A stretch of 64,000 bases of DNA. Origin: Macrostomum lignano (Eukaryota). Numbering within the stretch: the stretch's first letter is position 1; each line of letters opens with the position of its first letter. The notes beneath the pieces are model-generated. The model saw only the letters and a list, made by a program, of their open reading frames with translations, was not told where the DNA came from and did not search any database. Of the stretch, positions 12,434 to 25,621 are shown in pieces. A program made the position numbers and the translations under genes. The DNA is taken from contig NIVC01003124.1 in the NCBI GenBank assembly GCA_002269645.1, forward strand, positions 54,193-118,192, given 5' to 3'.

Positions 12434-13899
12434 GGATTGCAACTTTTTCTTTGACTGGCCTGACCCCTGTTAAATATTGACTATAAAAGTAATGACAATT
12501 GTATAGGCCTTTTGCTAAGGAGTAGTAGGAACAAAATATAGATAAAAAATTTATTAGCATATTTTTGTGACACAAATAAAATTTCTTTGTGTACATTGGT
12601 ATACAAGAGCTTGGAAAGTGAATTTTTGTTTCATACATGCGCAATCTTGGGATTCACTTGGCTGTTTCTATTGGCAACATATATGTGTAAGTTGCTATTG
12701 GCTGAGAGCAGTCACATGACTACTATTCCATCTAATAGCAACTTATATGTGTGTTGACAAAAAATTGGTCAAGCAAATCCCAAGGTTGCACCTAAGCATG
12801 TTTTGTTTTGGTATATACTATGAGTAGTACACAATCCCAACATTGGAATATTTAAGACAATAGCAAATAAGTGCCTATAATAGCCTATTATTAGCCTTCA
12901 ACTCTTATATGAAAAGATTTTCATCTCTAATAATAAACTAATAAATTATGGGAAGCTACACTTAATAGTCTATAATAAAAAATGGTATAGCCATATAGTC
13001 AGAATCATGGCAGAATCATAGAAAAAATCCTATTAAAAATTGATATAGTACAGTCTTGCTATTCTATAATATAGTTTATTATATCATTATAGTGTATTTG
13101 ATATAGTGCATTTCTACATTTCTATTCTAGCCTTGTTTTTCTTAGAAAATTATCACATTTGAACTCTTAGTGCTGTTGCATCATTAATCAATAATAAAAC
13201 TTATACTTTGATTATTGATCAGTAGAATAATATAATTAGCTATTGATAAGATTATAATAAAAATATTCTTATTTTATAATAAAAATTTATATAATATTGC
13301 AGAATAAATGAAAAAAATATAATTCATAAATTCAGCCTTCTTGTTTTTCTGGTTTTTTCCAGGGCGATTTCCATTTTGAACTTGAAATGTATCACAAAAT
13401 AATGCTATTTTTAGCAAGCTTTGAATGAGGCTATCCATTAGGCCATAATTGGATATTGAAAAAAACAGCAGAGACTGTTAAAGACTTTCTTTTGATACAT
13501 GGTGTCCCTGTGCATATGGCAGTGGAGTTGCTACTAGTAAAATTATTTTTTGCATTTTTAATTTTTGTTGCATAAACTGCTGGTACCTCAACCCCTGAAC
13601 TTTTGTGCTATCACCTGGCTTATATTGTCACTCTTCCCCATTATTGTCCTTGCTATGGTGCCTCCTTGCCCCCTTATGGCAAAGAAAAAGAGTACAAATT
13701 GGCTTACTTCCTTTTTCTTTCTCTTTTTAAGCTTAATCTTGTTTATTTTAACTTCTGTTTGATATTGATTAATTAATGACTATTTGTTAAACTTAAACTA
13801 CTAGCTAACTAACTTATCTATTTCATACCATGGCTTTGCTAGGAGTTTTGCTCGTGGTAGCTTAATCTGAATTTAACTTAAATCCAAAATACGCCAATA

Positions 13900-16693
13900 A
13901 AATTTAAGCGTATTTATTTTTTAATCAATAAGCCTAGCCTATTTTGAGTAATTTGCCCATGAGACATAAAGTAATCAATTAATCTCATCTCCAAATGAGC
14001 TGAGAATCTATAATATATAAATTATGGTAAGGCCTAATGGCAATGTGGCAGGGGGATACCACTAAGACTAAATTGGTAAATTTGAACTTTTGTGCACATA
14101 ATTTTGTATGAACAAGCCCTATGAATTTTGCTCTAAACCCAGGCAAACTTTGCGTCATTTTTCCAGTCCCAGAAGTGTTTTGTTCCCCTCCTGCTCCTGG
14201 TCCTCTAGCATCTCTTTGTTGTGATTTTGTTTCTTCCCATTTATTTCTGTGGTTTTTCTGTGTCCATCTACTGTGTCTGTCCCCTATCCTGGTTTGTGCA
14301 AGCATTGCCACCATGCCTTGGAATGTTTTGTTCTACTCAATATTTATATTGTGTGAATTTTTGTGGTCTTCATACGCATTCCTTCTTTGCTTTTTTGCTT
14401 ATTTACACCATTTATTTTGCCTATTTGTGAATTAAAATTAACTAGCTCATTACTTATTGACTAGCATTTGACTTTTAAGCTTAGCCTCATACCTCAGCAC
14501 CTGCAACTCATTTTGTCAATAACTAACCTAATAACTGTATTAGGTTAATAGTAAATAGTCTGTATTCTTTAGGCTGGGCATTTTTGCGACTTACCCCTGG
14601 TCTAGCACAATTTATGGTGGCTAGATCGGCCAGGTTGGCCAGCAGTTGTGCATGTATGAATAATAATTAACTTAAGCCATAGCCTATCCTGATTTATTTC
14701 CTGTGGGGCATAAAACAACCAAAGTTCTCATCTCAAAGAAAGCTCTAAGACTTATTTGTTCTATAATACATAAATTATGGTAGTGGCAGCTCTACCTTGC
14801 TGGAAGTAATCAGGTCAACAAATAAATGCATTAATTGTACCAGAATCTTTAGTGTCTACTATTTGAATGACTGCGCCACTATATAACCACTCTGCTACAA
14901 TTACAACTACCCTCCCCCCCCCAGAATTTGAGGACCATGGCAGTCAAAGTAAAATAGGAGAAAGAACTTCGCTGTGATTTGTCTGCAATATTTCTGGATT
15001 TATTCGTGTAACTGCAATGCCAGTGAAAATTCAAATGTTCAACTGCCCCAATTGGTAAAAAAGAACAGAATTATTTTTTCTTTGCCCCTACCTCAGCAGC
15101 ACTATGCTCTATTCTTAGTAAGCATCAAATGAATATTAATGTACATTGAGTTTTTAGTGTCAAAGGACCCCAAGTTTTGAACAACTATGTCTAATAAAGA
15201 CCACTCCACTATGATTACAACTAGGCCTATCCTCCTTGGAACTGAGGACCCAGAAGACAGAGTACATAGGAGAAAATTTGTTGAGATTTGTGATATGTGA
15301 TTTTTTAGCTTAATTTGTGCAAACTTAATCATCTTAATGCAAATAGCATTTCAAATTCGGATTAGGCCCTATAGTCATTTTGCTGACAAGACATTTTAGT
15401 GACAGTTCTTTTGGTGACAAGCAAAAGTCATTTCAATGACAAAAAGAATTACAATTTTAGTTATAGCCATTCTGTTTTTAAATAGAAAATTACTTTTAAA
15501 AAATCTAGGGATATTTAGCCTAAAATTTTATTATTTTTCAAACAGATAAGTATTGCTATATTTAAATTTGTTTATTAACAATTACATAGTTGCAGTCTTT
15601 TGAATTATGTTTTCCAATTTAAACCTACAACAGTGTTGAATAAATATCTCTGAGTTATTACTGCTTTTTTGCAGGGTTCTACATTTCACAAGGATTCTCT
15701 ATAGGTTTATGGTTTGTGTCTGAATACTCCAGGACAATTCAATGTCTGCACAAAAAGAAAAGAATCTAAGTAGTTTGATTTCTTTTTTAAATATTATATA
15801 TTCTTTTGACAAAATTTTTTAAATATATTTCAAAACATTCCGCCGTAGCCATAGCTATGGCTACAGGATCCTAGGGCAAATACGAAAAAATAGGTGCCTA
15901 CGGCAGCTATGGATACGCCTACGGTTGCTAGCTGCTCTTACGGCTACGACTACAGAAATATGGTAGTTGCTGTCACATTCCGTAGATTCCCATAGCCATA
16001 AATATTGTGGCAGGCGAGTTGCCACGTATAAACTTGAACTTGACATTTGGAATATTTTTGCATGAGCGTGGTTCATGCGGTGTTTCCCAAATTTTTGGAG
16101 TGTTATCACTCCCGTTGCAGGATTTGATTATACCCGTTTCATGTGTTTACTCATACGCAGCTAGATGTGTTTAACAATTTTGTTTATTTCACGTATTTAA
16201 TGCCGCCCTGCATCATGTCCTTTTGCATGTTTTTCTCTCTCCAGTGCATGCCCACCTGGTGTCCCTGTTGCGTGACCAATATCTTTATATATATCACAAT
16301 GATTTTTATATGACTTCTTAACCTTGCTACCCCCCCTTTTTCTTGTTAACTATATTACTTGCTAACTCTCTTTCTTGCTTACTTTATAACTTGCTACTTG
16401 CGTTTTCTGGTTGTCTCCATTGTTAGTTTTCTAGTTGTTTTAGTTTGTTTTGTTTAGTCGCCTCCTCCATCTTATCTGAGTAGTGTTGAGTCATATTTAT
16501 CTTTAATGTTGAGCCTGCTTAATAAACTTTAATAAACTCCATTAACTAATATTTATTCACTAATCCAAAGCCATAGTATTTCTTGAGTCATTTGCCCATG
16601 GGGCATAAAATAACCAAAGATCTTATCTCAAAGAAAGCTCTGAGACTCATTCGTTCCATAGTACGTAAATTACGGTGGTGGCAGCAACTACCC
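13900..16693 (-). mobile_element. Three direct, decayed copies (~13900-14050, ~14650-14860, ~16550-16693) of a LINE-like coding fragment
   Basis: Copies 14705-14790 and 16600-16685 align ungapped with 11 differences. The minus strand reads AATT(V/I)IYVLWNE*, reminiscent of the Y.lW.eR motif at L1/Tx1 ORF2 C-termini. The repeat is certain; the family call is tentative. Confidence 0.5.
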
Positions 16694-16712
16694 TACTAAA
16701 AGTGGGATAGCA

Positions 16713-17010
16713 ACGTTTGCCTGCGGGATGTTTGCCAGCCGACGTTTGCCTGCGGGACGTTTGCCAGCCGACGTTTGCCAGCCGACGTTTGCCAGCCGAC
16801 GTTTGCCTGCGGGACGTTTGCCTGCCGAAGTTTGCCTGCCGGACGTTTGCCTGCGGGACGTTTGCCAGCCGAAGTTTGCCAGCCGACATTTGCCAGCCGA
16901 CATTTGCCAGCCGACATTTGCCAGCCGACGTTTGCCTGCGAGACGTTTGCCAGCCGAAGTTTGCCAGCCAACGTTTGCCTGCTGGAAGTTTGCCAGCAAA
17001 AATTTGCTAG
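16713..17010. repeat. 14/15-bp minisatellite (CGTTTGCCAGCCGA / CGTTTGCCTGCGGGA)
   Basis: Tandem units seen directly; explains the cluster of overlapping spurious ORFs at 16647-17063. Confidence 0.9.
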
Positions 17011-17197
17011 CCAATTTAAAGCCAGTTAGTGAAAAATTTGATACTGAAATATTCGCAGTTTAACGGTTTGACAAAAACCGTTTTTACTCAAACTTTTTGA
17101 CGGTTATTTGCATATATACAAGTTCGAAAGCAAAATCTATATAAACTATGCAGTTCATTAGTCTAACGTCTAATATCTAGTTTAACAACGATTTTGG

Positions 17198-17300
17198 CAC
17201 AACATATCAAAAGATGAACATTCATTCGTTTGCCTCGTATGAAAGCAATAACAATGGTGGTGCTGAAAAGATGAAAACTTCCTATCTCCCTATGGCCTTC
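17198..17300 (+). repeat. Dispersed repeat, second copy at ~31236-31330 (probable non-autonomous DNA transposon relic)
   Basis: CAACATATCAAAAGATGAACATT...AAAGCAATAACAAT...GTGCTGAAAA.ATGAAAACTTCC.ATCTCC is shared by both sites in the same orientation. Confidence 0.7.
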
Positions 17301-18610
17301 AAAACATTTTCCATAGATTTCGAGTGCTGCGCGTCCTTCTACTTTAGTAGGCCTTGGCGTGACTAAGCTTTGTATACGAAGTGTCTAGCGCTTGCTATCC
17401 TACTAGTTCTTGCTACTGGTGGCTTGTCTGGCTATTCAGCTAGCTTACTATACAAACGTACCGCATTCGACTCGTCTACACATGTACGTTGAGATCGCGG
17501 TTTCCTGGCTTACTTGAGTAGTAATACAACAGAATTGGAATCAATTTGCTTACTTTTGGATCTCCCAATGAACTGAGAAATATGAGCCAGAATTACCGCT
17601 CAGCAGCTCTTTTTGTTTGCCTCATAACTTAATCGCTGGAGATTCCTGTTGTAATCTGCGCGTCTTCTTTCGCACATCAAAAATCAAACATCTCAAACTG
17701 GAAAAAACGATACACAATTGTCAAAAATTAAGTAAACTAAATTTTGCTTTCGAGATAGCGCCGCTCCACTTCTACCGATTCTCTTCAAATTTGACACAGA
17801 CAATTTTCAACTATTTTGACACAATCGTGTAAAATTTCGAGTCTCAAAGTTAATTCTGAGCAGTGCTGTGCACTTTTAAAGTTAGGCTGTTTTTTTCAGC
17901 GTAGCAACCACCCCAACCTCCGCCCGCCTGCCTCTCTTTCCGATACCGATCTGGGCCCAGATGTGTAAAAGGGTTTCAAAATTGACTAACTTTCAGCTGC
18001 CATAAGTTTTCTCCACGTAAATTGATTGACTTCAAACTTGACACAATTCTTCATTGACTCATTCTCTATCTAAATGTAAAGTTTCAACTCTGTAACTCAA
18101 CCGAAAAAGAAACTGTAAGCATGTGAAGTTTGTCTGCTTTTTCTGTTGTTTGTGCCACTCACTCACTCATTCCCCCAGAGCCAGACGAAGGGTCAGGCGA
18201 TAGGACTGAATGTACATAGCAAATGTACAGTGTTTTGGAATAACTTTATTTATAACCTTCTCTGCACCCGAGAGTGGAGAGGCTACGTTTAGCCATAACA
18301 GTTTAGTGAGAAATTCTAACCACTGCCCTCCCCTCCCCTCTGTATTGGCAAACTCTGCAGAGTTTAACACTGGATGGCAATTGGCAAATCGAGGGAATCC
18401 AGCATGGTTTGTAAGAGCGAAATATTTATGAAAAGGCGATGCGATGCAATGCAATACAACCCTAGGCACACCCTGGAAATTTTAGGTTTCTTTTAAAGGT
18501 ACTGTGTAAATTTTAAATGGCCTCCTAAGAAATGCGTATTTCCTTGGTTGTTAGACTGATACAGACTGCAGTGGAGCTGAAGATACACAAATTCCTTTCA
18601 GGGCTGCAAA

Positions 18611-19420
18611 TAGGGATTCCAATCCCGGGATCCCGGGATTGGGGCCAAAAATCCGGGATTTGAATCCCGGGATTTTTTTTGGGAATCGAATCCCGGGATT
18701 TTTAATCCCGGGATTGCAAAAGACCGGGATCGGGATCCCGGGATTTCAAGGCCTTAATCCCGGGATTGGTCCGGGATTAGAACGACCTTTCAATGCCTAA
18801 ATTAGATAATTTAAAGTCTAAACGTTTATTTGAATAATAAAACATTTATTTGTTTTTGCTGTTTCTCAATGAAACGTTAAACATTTGCAAAGCTCCTGTC
18901 CTAATTGAGCTAAAAATTGTTAATGTGAACTGTAAATTATAGATAATTTTAACTTTTTTTCGTTTTCTACCACGAGACGAGACTGAGGGCCTTTTCATAT
19001 TGCTTGCTCTGGTTCCAGAACAAGAACCAATTTGTGAAGTATAAACTTTTTGTCTCCATAACTAGAGGGAGATACGTGCTATAAAGTTTTTATTATTGAA
19101 TGACAGTCGCCAAGAAGAAAGTGAAAAATTGTGCTAAGTGAGGCTGTTAAGGCAGTCAAATATTAACAGAGTTTAATAGTTATACTGCTGTTTTTCTTGG
19201 AATTCCGAACCGATTCTGGTTCTGGAATTGGTAATATGAAAAGGCCCTGAGACTCTGAGAGTCGCGAGACCATGACTACTGCACGCGGCACGCCGCACAG
19301 TCCGTCTAGCAATTTAGGGATTCCAATCCCGGGATTTTGAATCCCGGGATTTCAACAGCATCGGGATTTCGGGACTATTCAATCCCGGGATTGTAAAATG
19401 TCGGGATTTTGGAATCCCTA
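18611..19420. mobile_element. hAT-type MITE with AATCCCGGGATT subterminal repeats
   Basis: TIRs TAGGGATTCCAA (18611) / TTGGAATCCCTA (19420); perfect 8-bp TSD GCTGCAAA at 18603-18610 and 19421-19428. A further left-TIR copy sits internally at 19315. Confidence 0.9.
18987..19247. mobile_element. PIF/Harbinger-type MITE nested in the hAT MITE
   Basis: 15-bp TIRs GGGCCTTTTCATATT / AATATGAAAAGGCCC; 3-bp TSD TGA on both sides. Confidence 0.85.
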
Positions 19421-19478
19421 GCTGCAAATTGGCAAGAAAGATGACGTGATCAAAGCATGAGAATAACGATGAGAGTAG

Positions 19479-19848
19479 TTTTTTTTTATTAAAGGCAGGG
19501 GGGTTGTGTGCACCCTGGCGCACTTTAAGCGACATAGGCACACAACCGGCGAGAGGCATTACTTCCCATTCCGCCGACTCCCCTGAGCAGGCATACAAGC
19601 GCGCAGATACGTACGCAGGCACACACTCACACAGGAGTGTACAGCGGCCCTACTTTATTTTATCGTTAGGCATGTACACTTCACTGCGCCTTGGGGGGTT
19701 GGCTCTCAAGGCCGTTAATTGCACGAGCAGAGCCAAGCCGAGATTCCAATTCGGCCCCAAATTAATGTGACTGCACTTGGAATCGAGCCTGGGTCGCTGG
19801 CACACCAGAGCCTGCGCTAGACCGCTGGGCTACGCCCCCCCCCCCCCC
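19479..19848 (-). mobile_element. tRNA-derived SINE
   Basis: Minus-strand head GGCGTAGCCCAGCGGTCTAGCGC...GGCTCGATTCC (A/B boxes); AATAAAAAAAAA tail; 12-bp TSD CGATGAGAGTAG at 19467-19478 and 19849-19860. Confidence 0.85.
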
Positions 19849-19944
19849 CGATGAGAGTAGTACGTCCCACAAACTTGCTTTCGAAGCAGGGATCGGCAGA
19901 CTTTTACTTCAAAAGCCAGTAGAATCCAGCTTATGTGCGGACCA

Positions 19945-21115
19945 GATGAGAGTGGAAAAGAAAAGGAATAGACTATTAGAAGAGAGGAGAGGCGAGAGGG
20001 GGGTAAGAGAAAACATGGAAGATAAGAAGATAAGAAGATAAGTGGTGAGCAGAGAGCAGAGAAGAAGGGAGGAAGAAGCGAGAGGAGGGGAGAAAGGAGG
20101 GAGAGGAAAGAGTAAAGGTGAGAAGAGGGGAGAGATGAGACAGAGGATCGATGAGAGGAGAGTAGAGAAGAGTGAGAAGAGAGTAGAGATGAGAGAGCAG
20201 AAAGAAGATGACAGAGGGTCAAGAGGAGAGGAGAGAGTAGAAAGGATAGAGAAGAGAGGAGATAAGAGGGGGAGAGAGGAGTGAGAAGAGAAGAGATAGA
20301 GATCTGAGAGGGGTGTAAGAAGAGGGGAGAAAGGAGAGATGAGATTGTAGAGATGAGACAAATGAAAGGAGAGATGAGAGAGTAAAGATAAGAGATGAAA
20401 AAGGTGAGAGGAGAGTGCAGAGAGACGAGAGAAGATAATAGAGGAGAGAGAGTATAGAAGAGGGAAGAGAAAAGAAAAGAGGAGTAAGGAAAGAGAAAGA
20501 GGAAAGAGGTGAGAGAAGAGACGAGAGAAGAGGGGAGAGAGGAGAGAGAGAGGAAAGAGTAGAGAGGAGAGAGGAGAGAGTTAAGAGAAGAGAGAAAAGA
20601 ATAGAGAGGAGAAGGAAGAGACGAGAGAAGAGGGGGAGAGAGGAGAGAGAGGAGAAGAGAGAAAACGAAAAAGTAGAGAGGAGAGAGGAGAGGAGAGAGA
20701 AAACGAAAGAGTAGAGAGGAGAGAGGAGAGGAGAGAGAAAACGAAAAGTAGAGAGGAGAGAGGAGAGGAGAGAGAAAAGAAAAGGGAAGAGATGAGATAA
20801 GAGATATGAAAGAGAAGAGAGATGAGGGAAGATACGAAAGAAGATAGGAGAGAGGAGAGGAGAGAGAAAACGAAAGAGTAGAGAGGAGAGAGGAGAGGAG
20901 AGAGAAAACGAAAAGTAGAGAGGAGACAGGAGAGAGGAGAGAAGAGAGAAAACGAAAAGTAGAGAGGAGAGAGAGAGGAAAGAGTAGGGAGAAGAGACAA
21001 GAGATAAGAGAGATGAGGGAAGATATGAGAGAAGAGAGGAGAGAGGAGAGAAGAGAGAGGAGAGACGAGGGACGAGAGAGAAGAGAGGAAACAGAAGAGA
21101 CGATAGAAATTTTAA
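19945..21115. repeat. Degenerate AG-rich (polypurine) low-complexity tract
   Basis: Almost only A/G on the + strand; gives the spurious L/S-rich ORFs. A second such tract lies at ~21755-22095. Confidence 0.9.
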
Positions 21116-22452
21116 AGGATCCAAGGGACGTAGGGAGAGTCAGGGAGAGGCCAGAGTTTGCCAATACATGTTTTAGAGTCAGACAGACATTGCCTGACAT
21201 TCTGTGCAGTACCCCAGCCAACAATATCAATGTTTGCCTCAAATCCTAATTTTGCACGAATGTGTCCATTTTATGTCTACCTCTATCCTACTAACTATTA
21301 ACAAGTTTTTGTTTGTGTATGACCTTAGATTTCAGAATACATGCAAAAGTAGTTCCGGGGGATTGAAATTCCCCGGGTTCAAAATCCGCGGGTTTCAACA
21401 GCTTTCAAATAGTATAAACTGTTAAAACTCGTAAATTGCCGATCCACTCGTAGACTTGAACCAATACACTGAGAATGACTTTCAAGCTATTCATTTTCGA
21501 TTTTTTATAATCCTGCTCCTATATAGTAGACTTTTCTGCATCGAATGCGCCGAATTAATAAAATATTGCTGTTCAGTATGCATGGATATGGCGTGCATCT
21601 CCAAATGTACTGCTGCATTGTAGTGGATTACCTACTTGATTGTAATCATTTTAGCTACAATTGCATGTACATGTACATCAAGGGGTCGCGCGGCAAATAA
21701 TTATACTTAATGGCCATGAGATATAGAGAACCTAAAAGCACGTACAACTGCGGGCCAGAGGAGGGGAGAGGGGAAAGGCCGGGATAGAGAAGAGAGAGAG
21801 AGAGAGAGACAGGAGAGAAAGGATATGCGAGGGGAACATGAGAGGGGAGAGTCGAGAGGAAAGCTTAGAGGAGAGACGAGAGAGGATATACATGTAGGGA
21901 GAAGGAAGAGGAGAGAAAAGGAAACGAGAGAGAAAACGAGAGGAGCTACAGGAGAATGGGAAGGAGAGAATTAAGGGGAGAGCAGAGAAAATATTTGAGA
22001 GGAGAAGGGATAATGGAGAGATTGGAGAAAATACATGTATCTCGTACAAGCTAGAAGAGGCAATTGAGAGGAGAGCTGAGAAGTGAGAGGAGACACAAAA
22101 CTTGAGCGGGCCGGATTGCTATTGCAAGGTTTCAAAGGACCCGAGGGCCGATAGAGAGCTAGGCTATATGTACTGAAGCAACATACATGAACGTTTTTAA
22201 TGATTCGTTATAATTGTTCAAACATTCTTCAATAATTTACGCGGAATGCACCAGTATAGTTGAACCAAAGACAATAAACTCGAAATGGCTAAATACTCTT
22301 AGCCATATCGGTAAAAGTGCTTAAGCTTTCAGTGATTACTGTTAAAAGCAACGATCGAATGACTTCAGTCTTTGTTTATTAAAATTGCAGCGATCTTTGA
22401 TGGACTGCAACAGTTTAAAAGCCCGGAGTCCTGCCTGAAATTGAAAACAAAA

Positions 22453-24228
22453 ATGTTTACAGACCGGGATGTTTACCTCGACCAATTGGTCTCTCGTGTC
22501 AGCACCGCGCGCTGCATCGACGGCGGCGGCTTAGGACCGCTGGGTCACACAGGAGTGGTGGCACGCGTTGTCAGCGGCCAGTTCTTCCTCATCGACAAAG
22601 GTACTCGCAATCGTTTCACGGTTTTACATGTCCATTTACATGTCGGTTTTGGCGACAGAAAATGAGTGCCTGCGGCGCTAAAATGAGTGCCTGCGGTGCT
22701 AAAATGAGTGCCTGTGGCGCTAAAATGAGTAACTTTGGCGCCAAAATGAGTGCCTGCGGCGCTAAAATGAGTGCCTGCGGCGCCCAAATGACTGCCTGCG
22801 GTGCTAAAATGAGTGCCTGCGGCGCTAAAATGAGTGCCTGCGGCGCTAAAATGAGTGCCTGCGGCGCTAAAATGAGTGCTTGCGGTGCTAAAATGAGTGC
22901 CTGCGGTGCTAAAATGGGTGCCTGGGGCACCAAATACGTGCCTGCGGCGCTAAAATGAGTACCTGCTGTGCTAAACTGAGCGCTGACAACACCGATTCAG
23001 AAATTAATGTACCTGTACATGTAGAATTCTTGGCTTTGTCCCCCACCACTATAAAATCTATATCGACGCCTCTGTACAGCGGACTTAAATACCTGTATGG
23101 CCGCGCTCCGAAACAAACCGCTGGAACGTTAGGCGCTGAGCTAATCTGCCCTAATCTTTCCAGATAGGGTCGATGCTCTCAATTATATAATTGTGCCCTT
23201 CGAACTGCTTTCAATGGCCAAATTTTAGAAACCTCAGCCTTGACAGGAAGCAATTAAATTCCCACCGTAAGCTTTGAAAATTCAGCAATTTCCCCGTAAG
23301 CCTTGACACCTCAGAAATTCCCCGAGTAAGCCTTGACATCTCAGCAACTCCCTCAGTAAGCCTTGACATCTCAGCAACTCCCTCAGTAAGCCTTGACATT
23401 TCAGCAACTCCCCCAGTAAGCCTTGACATCTCAGCAACTCCCTCAGTAAGCCTTGACATTTCAGCAACTCCCCCAGTAGGCCTTGACATCTCAGAGACTC
23501 CCTCAGTAACCCTTGACATCTCAGCAACTCCCTCAGTAAGCATTGACATCTCAGCAACTCCCCCAGTAAGCCTTGACATCTCAGAGACTCCCTCAGTAAC
23601 CCTTGACATCTCAGCAACTCCCTCAGTAAGCCTTGACATCTCAGCAACTCCCCCAGTAAGCCTTGATATCTCAGCAACTCCCCCAGTAAGCCTTGACATC
23701 TCAGCATATTCCCATGAGCCTTGACCTCCTAGCAATTCCCTAATGAAGATTTGGTACGTCACTCCCGCATGATATAAACACCCAATCGCACTTTAAGGTG
23801 CTCCAGACGAAGATGACTCAACGTACTCCGCCTGCTACCGCGTCGGTCACAGTCGAGTGGTCGCTCTAACCCGCGATCAGCTCGCCGATTCTTCCACAGC
23901 CGTCGTCGGCCCAGCGGCACGTTGGCGACTTGAGAACTCAACGACGGTGACACCGCTCCGCCGAACCACCTTGCAGCATCTGCTGGCAGCGTGCGGGCCG
24001 AACTACGACACTCTGCTTGACAACTGTTGGAATGGTGTCGAAAGAATGATGGCACGCGCAAATCGACGCGGCTCGACGACGGATGACGACGCCGACGGTA
24101 GCAGCGATGACAGTTTGCTGGACGGGCCGATGCCGTGGCAGGCCAAGCTGGCGTTCGGAGTTGGCGCCGCGGTTGGCGCCTTGGCTGGCTTTGGCGCCCT
24201 TTTTGCTAGTCGCGGCGGACACCGTTGA
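22453..24228 (+). CDS. Permuted papain-fold (PPPDE/LRAT-like) protein with C-terminal transmembrane anchor, 2 exons, 189 aa
   Basis: Exon 22453-22600 (GT donor, phase 1) plus exon 23807-24228 (CAG acceptor, phase 1) join in frame. His motif GHTGVV precedes Cys motif GPNYDTLLDNCW; an acidic linker is followed by the hydrophobic tail LAFGVGAAVGALAGFGALF. Fold call is from recalled H...NC consensus. Confidence 0.7.
22659..23074 (+). mobile_element. Short array (~15 units) of the 21-bp satellite plus the right end of its carrier TIR element, inside the intron of the papain-fold gene
   Basis: AAAATGAGTGCCTGCGGCGCT units at 22659-~22984. The downstream flank TACATGTAG...TTGGCTTTGTCCCCCA...ATAAAATC...CGACGCCTCTG matches the reverse complement of 31949-32050. 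Confidence 0.8.
23283..23735. repeat. 30-bp minisatellite (GCCTTGACATCTCAGCAACTCCCCCAGTAA)
   Basis: Tandem units seen directly; source of the 10-aa-periodic ORFs. Confidence 0.92.
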
Positions 24229-24427
24229 GAAGTCCTTGACAAGCGCTTGGCTGGCGTGACGAATTTTTGTTCGGACAGATGTTCTTTTTCGGCTTTGTTT
24301 CTTTTAAACATTATTTGAAATTACAATAAACAAATACTTTTTGATATCTGATGTTTTTTGCTTTTGAATTACACTTTTTATTTTTAATTCTCCCCGATAT
24401 TGTCGTCTAATTTTTTCAATTCTTCTT

Positions 24428-24965
<538 letters not shown>

Positions 24966-25621
24966 ACGTCTGTTTGAAATATAGTCAAAAGAATTGATAT
25001 ATTTACGTTAATAAACTACGAGCGAAAATAAGGCTAATTTTGGGTAATGCATTCGATATAATTTTTAACTACTCCTGCAAGTCAGTTCTATTAATAGACT
25101 GACGGCTGGGCCACGGGTGACCAACGGAAATTCCACGGCCAGTCCGCTGGATTTCCGTCGCTTTTGTTTGCGATTTAAATAAAGTACATTTAAACGCATG
25201 AGTTGACAATAATAGAAGCAAGCTGTTTATTATGTACAAGCTCTTTTGCTTCAAAGCGATGCAGATTAGCCGTGGGATTTCCTTGGATCTACTGAGAAAG
25301 TTATAGGTTTAAAGCATTATATGTCAGCCCTTGTGTAGCATCCGAATCTGTATTAAACTAACTCGTATATTTAAAAGTAAAAAAAATTTGATGAGTATTT
25401 TGATGAAGCCGCCAGCTACATTTAGTGATTAGAAATCGCGTGCATAAATTAACGGAAAGGACCCTACACCAATTAGTTAATTGAGTAAACATACAGGCAT
25501 ACAGGCGAATAGAAAAAGGCAGCTTCATCTACTCGTAAAGTAAATGGCTATACGACAGAGGAAAACCTAAGCTTATTAAACAATTTATACGAGTATATTC
25601 ACGAATCAGCAGAGTAACACA

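Noticed and set aside
19830-21242. L/S-rich ORFs here and at 34603-36033, plus the other periodic ORFs (1553-1855, 23211-23762, 24304-24997, 32005-32982, 41506-42443, 42797-43460, 46152-47102)
   Set aside because: Low-complexity or tandem-repeat translations with no domain content.
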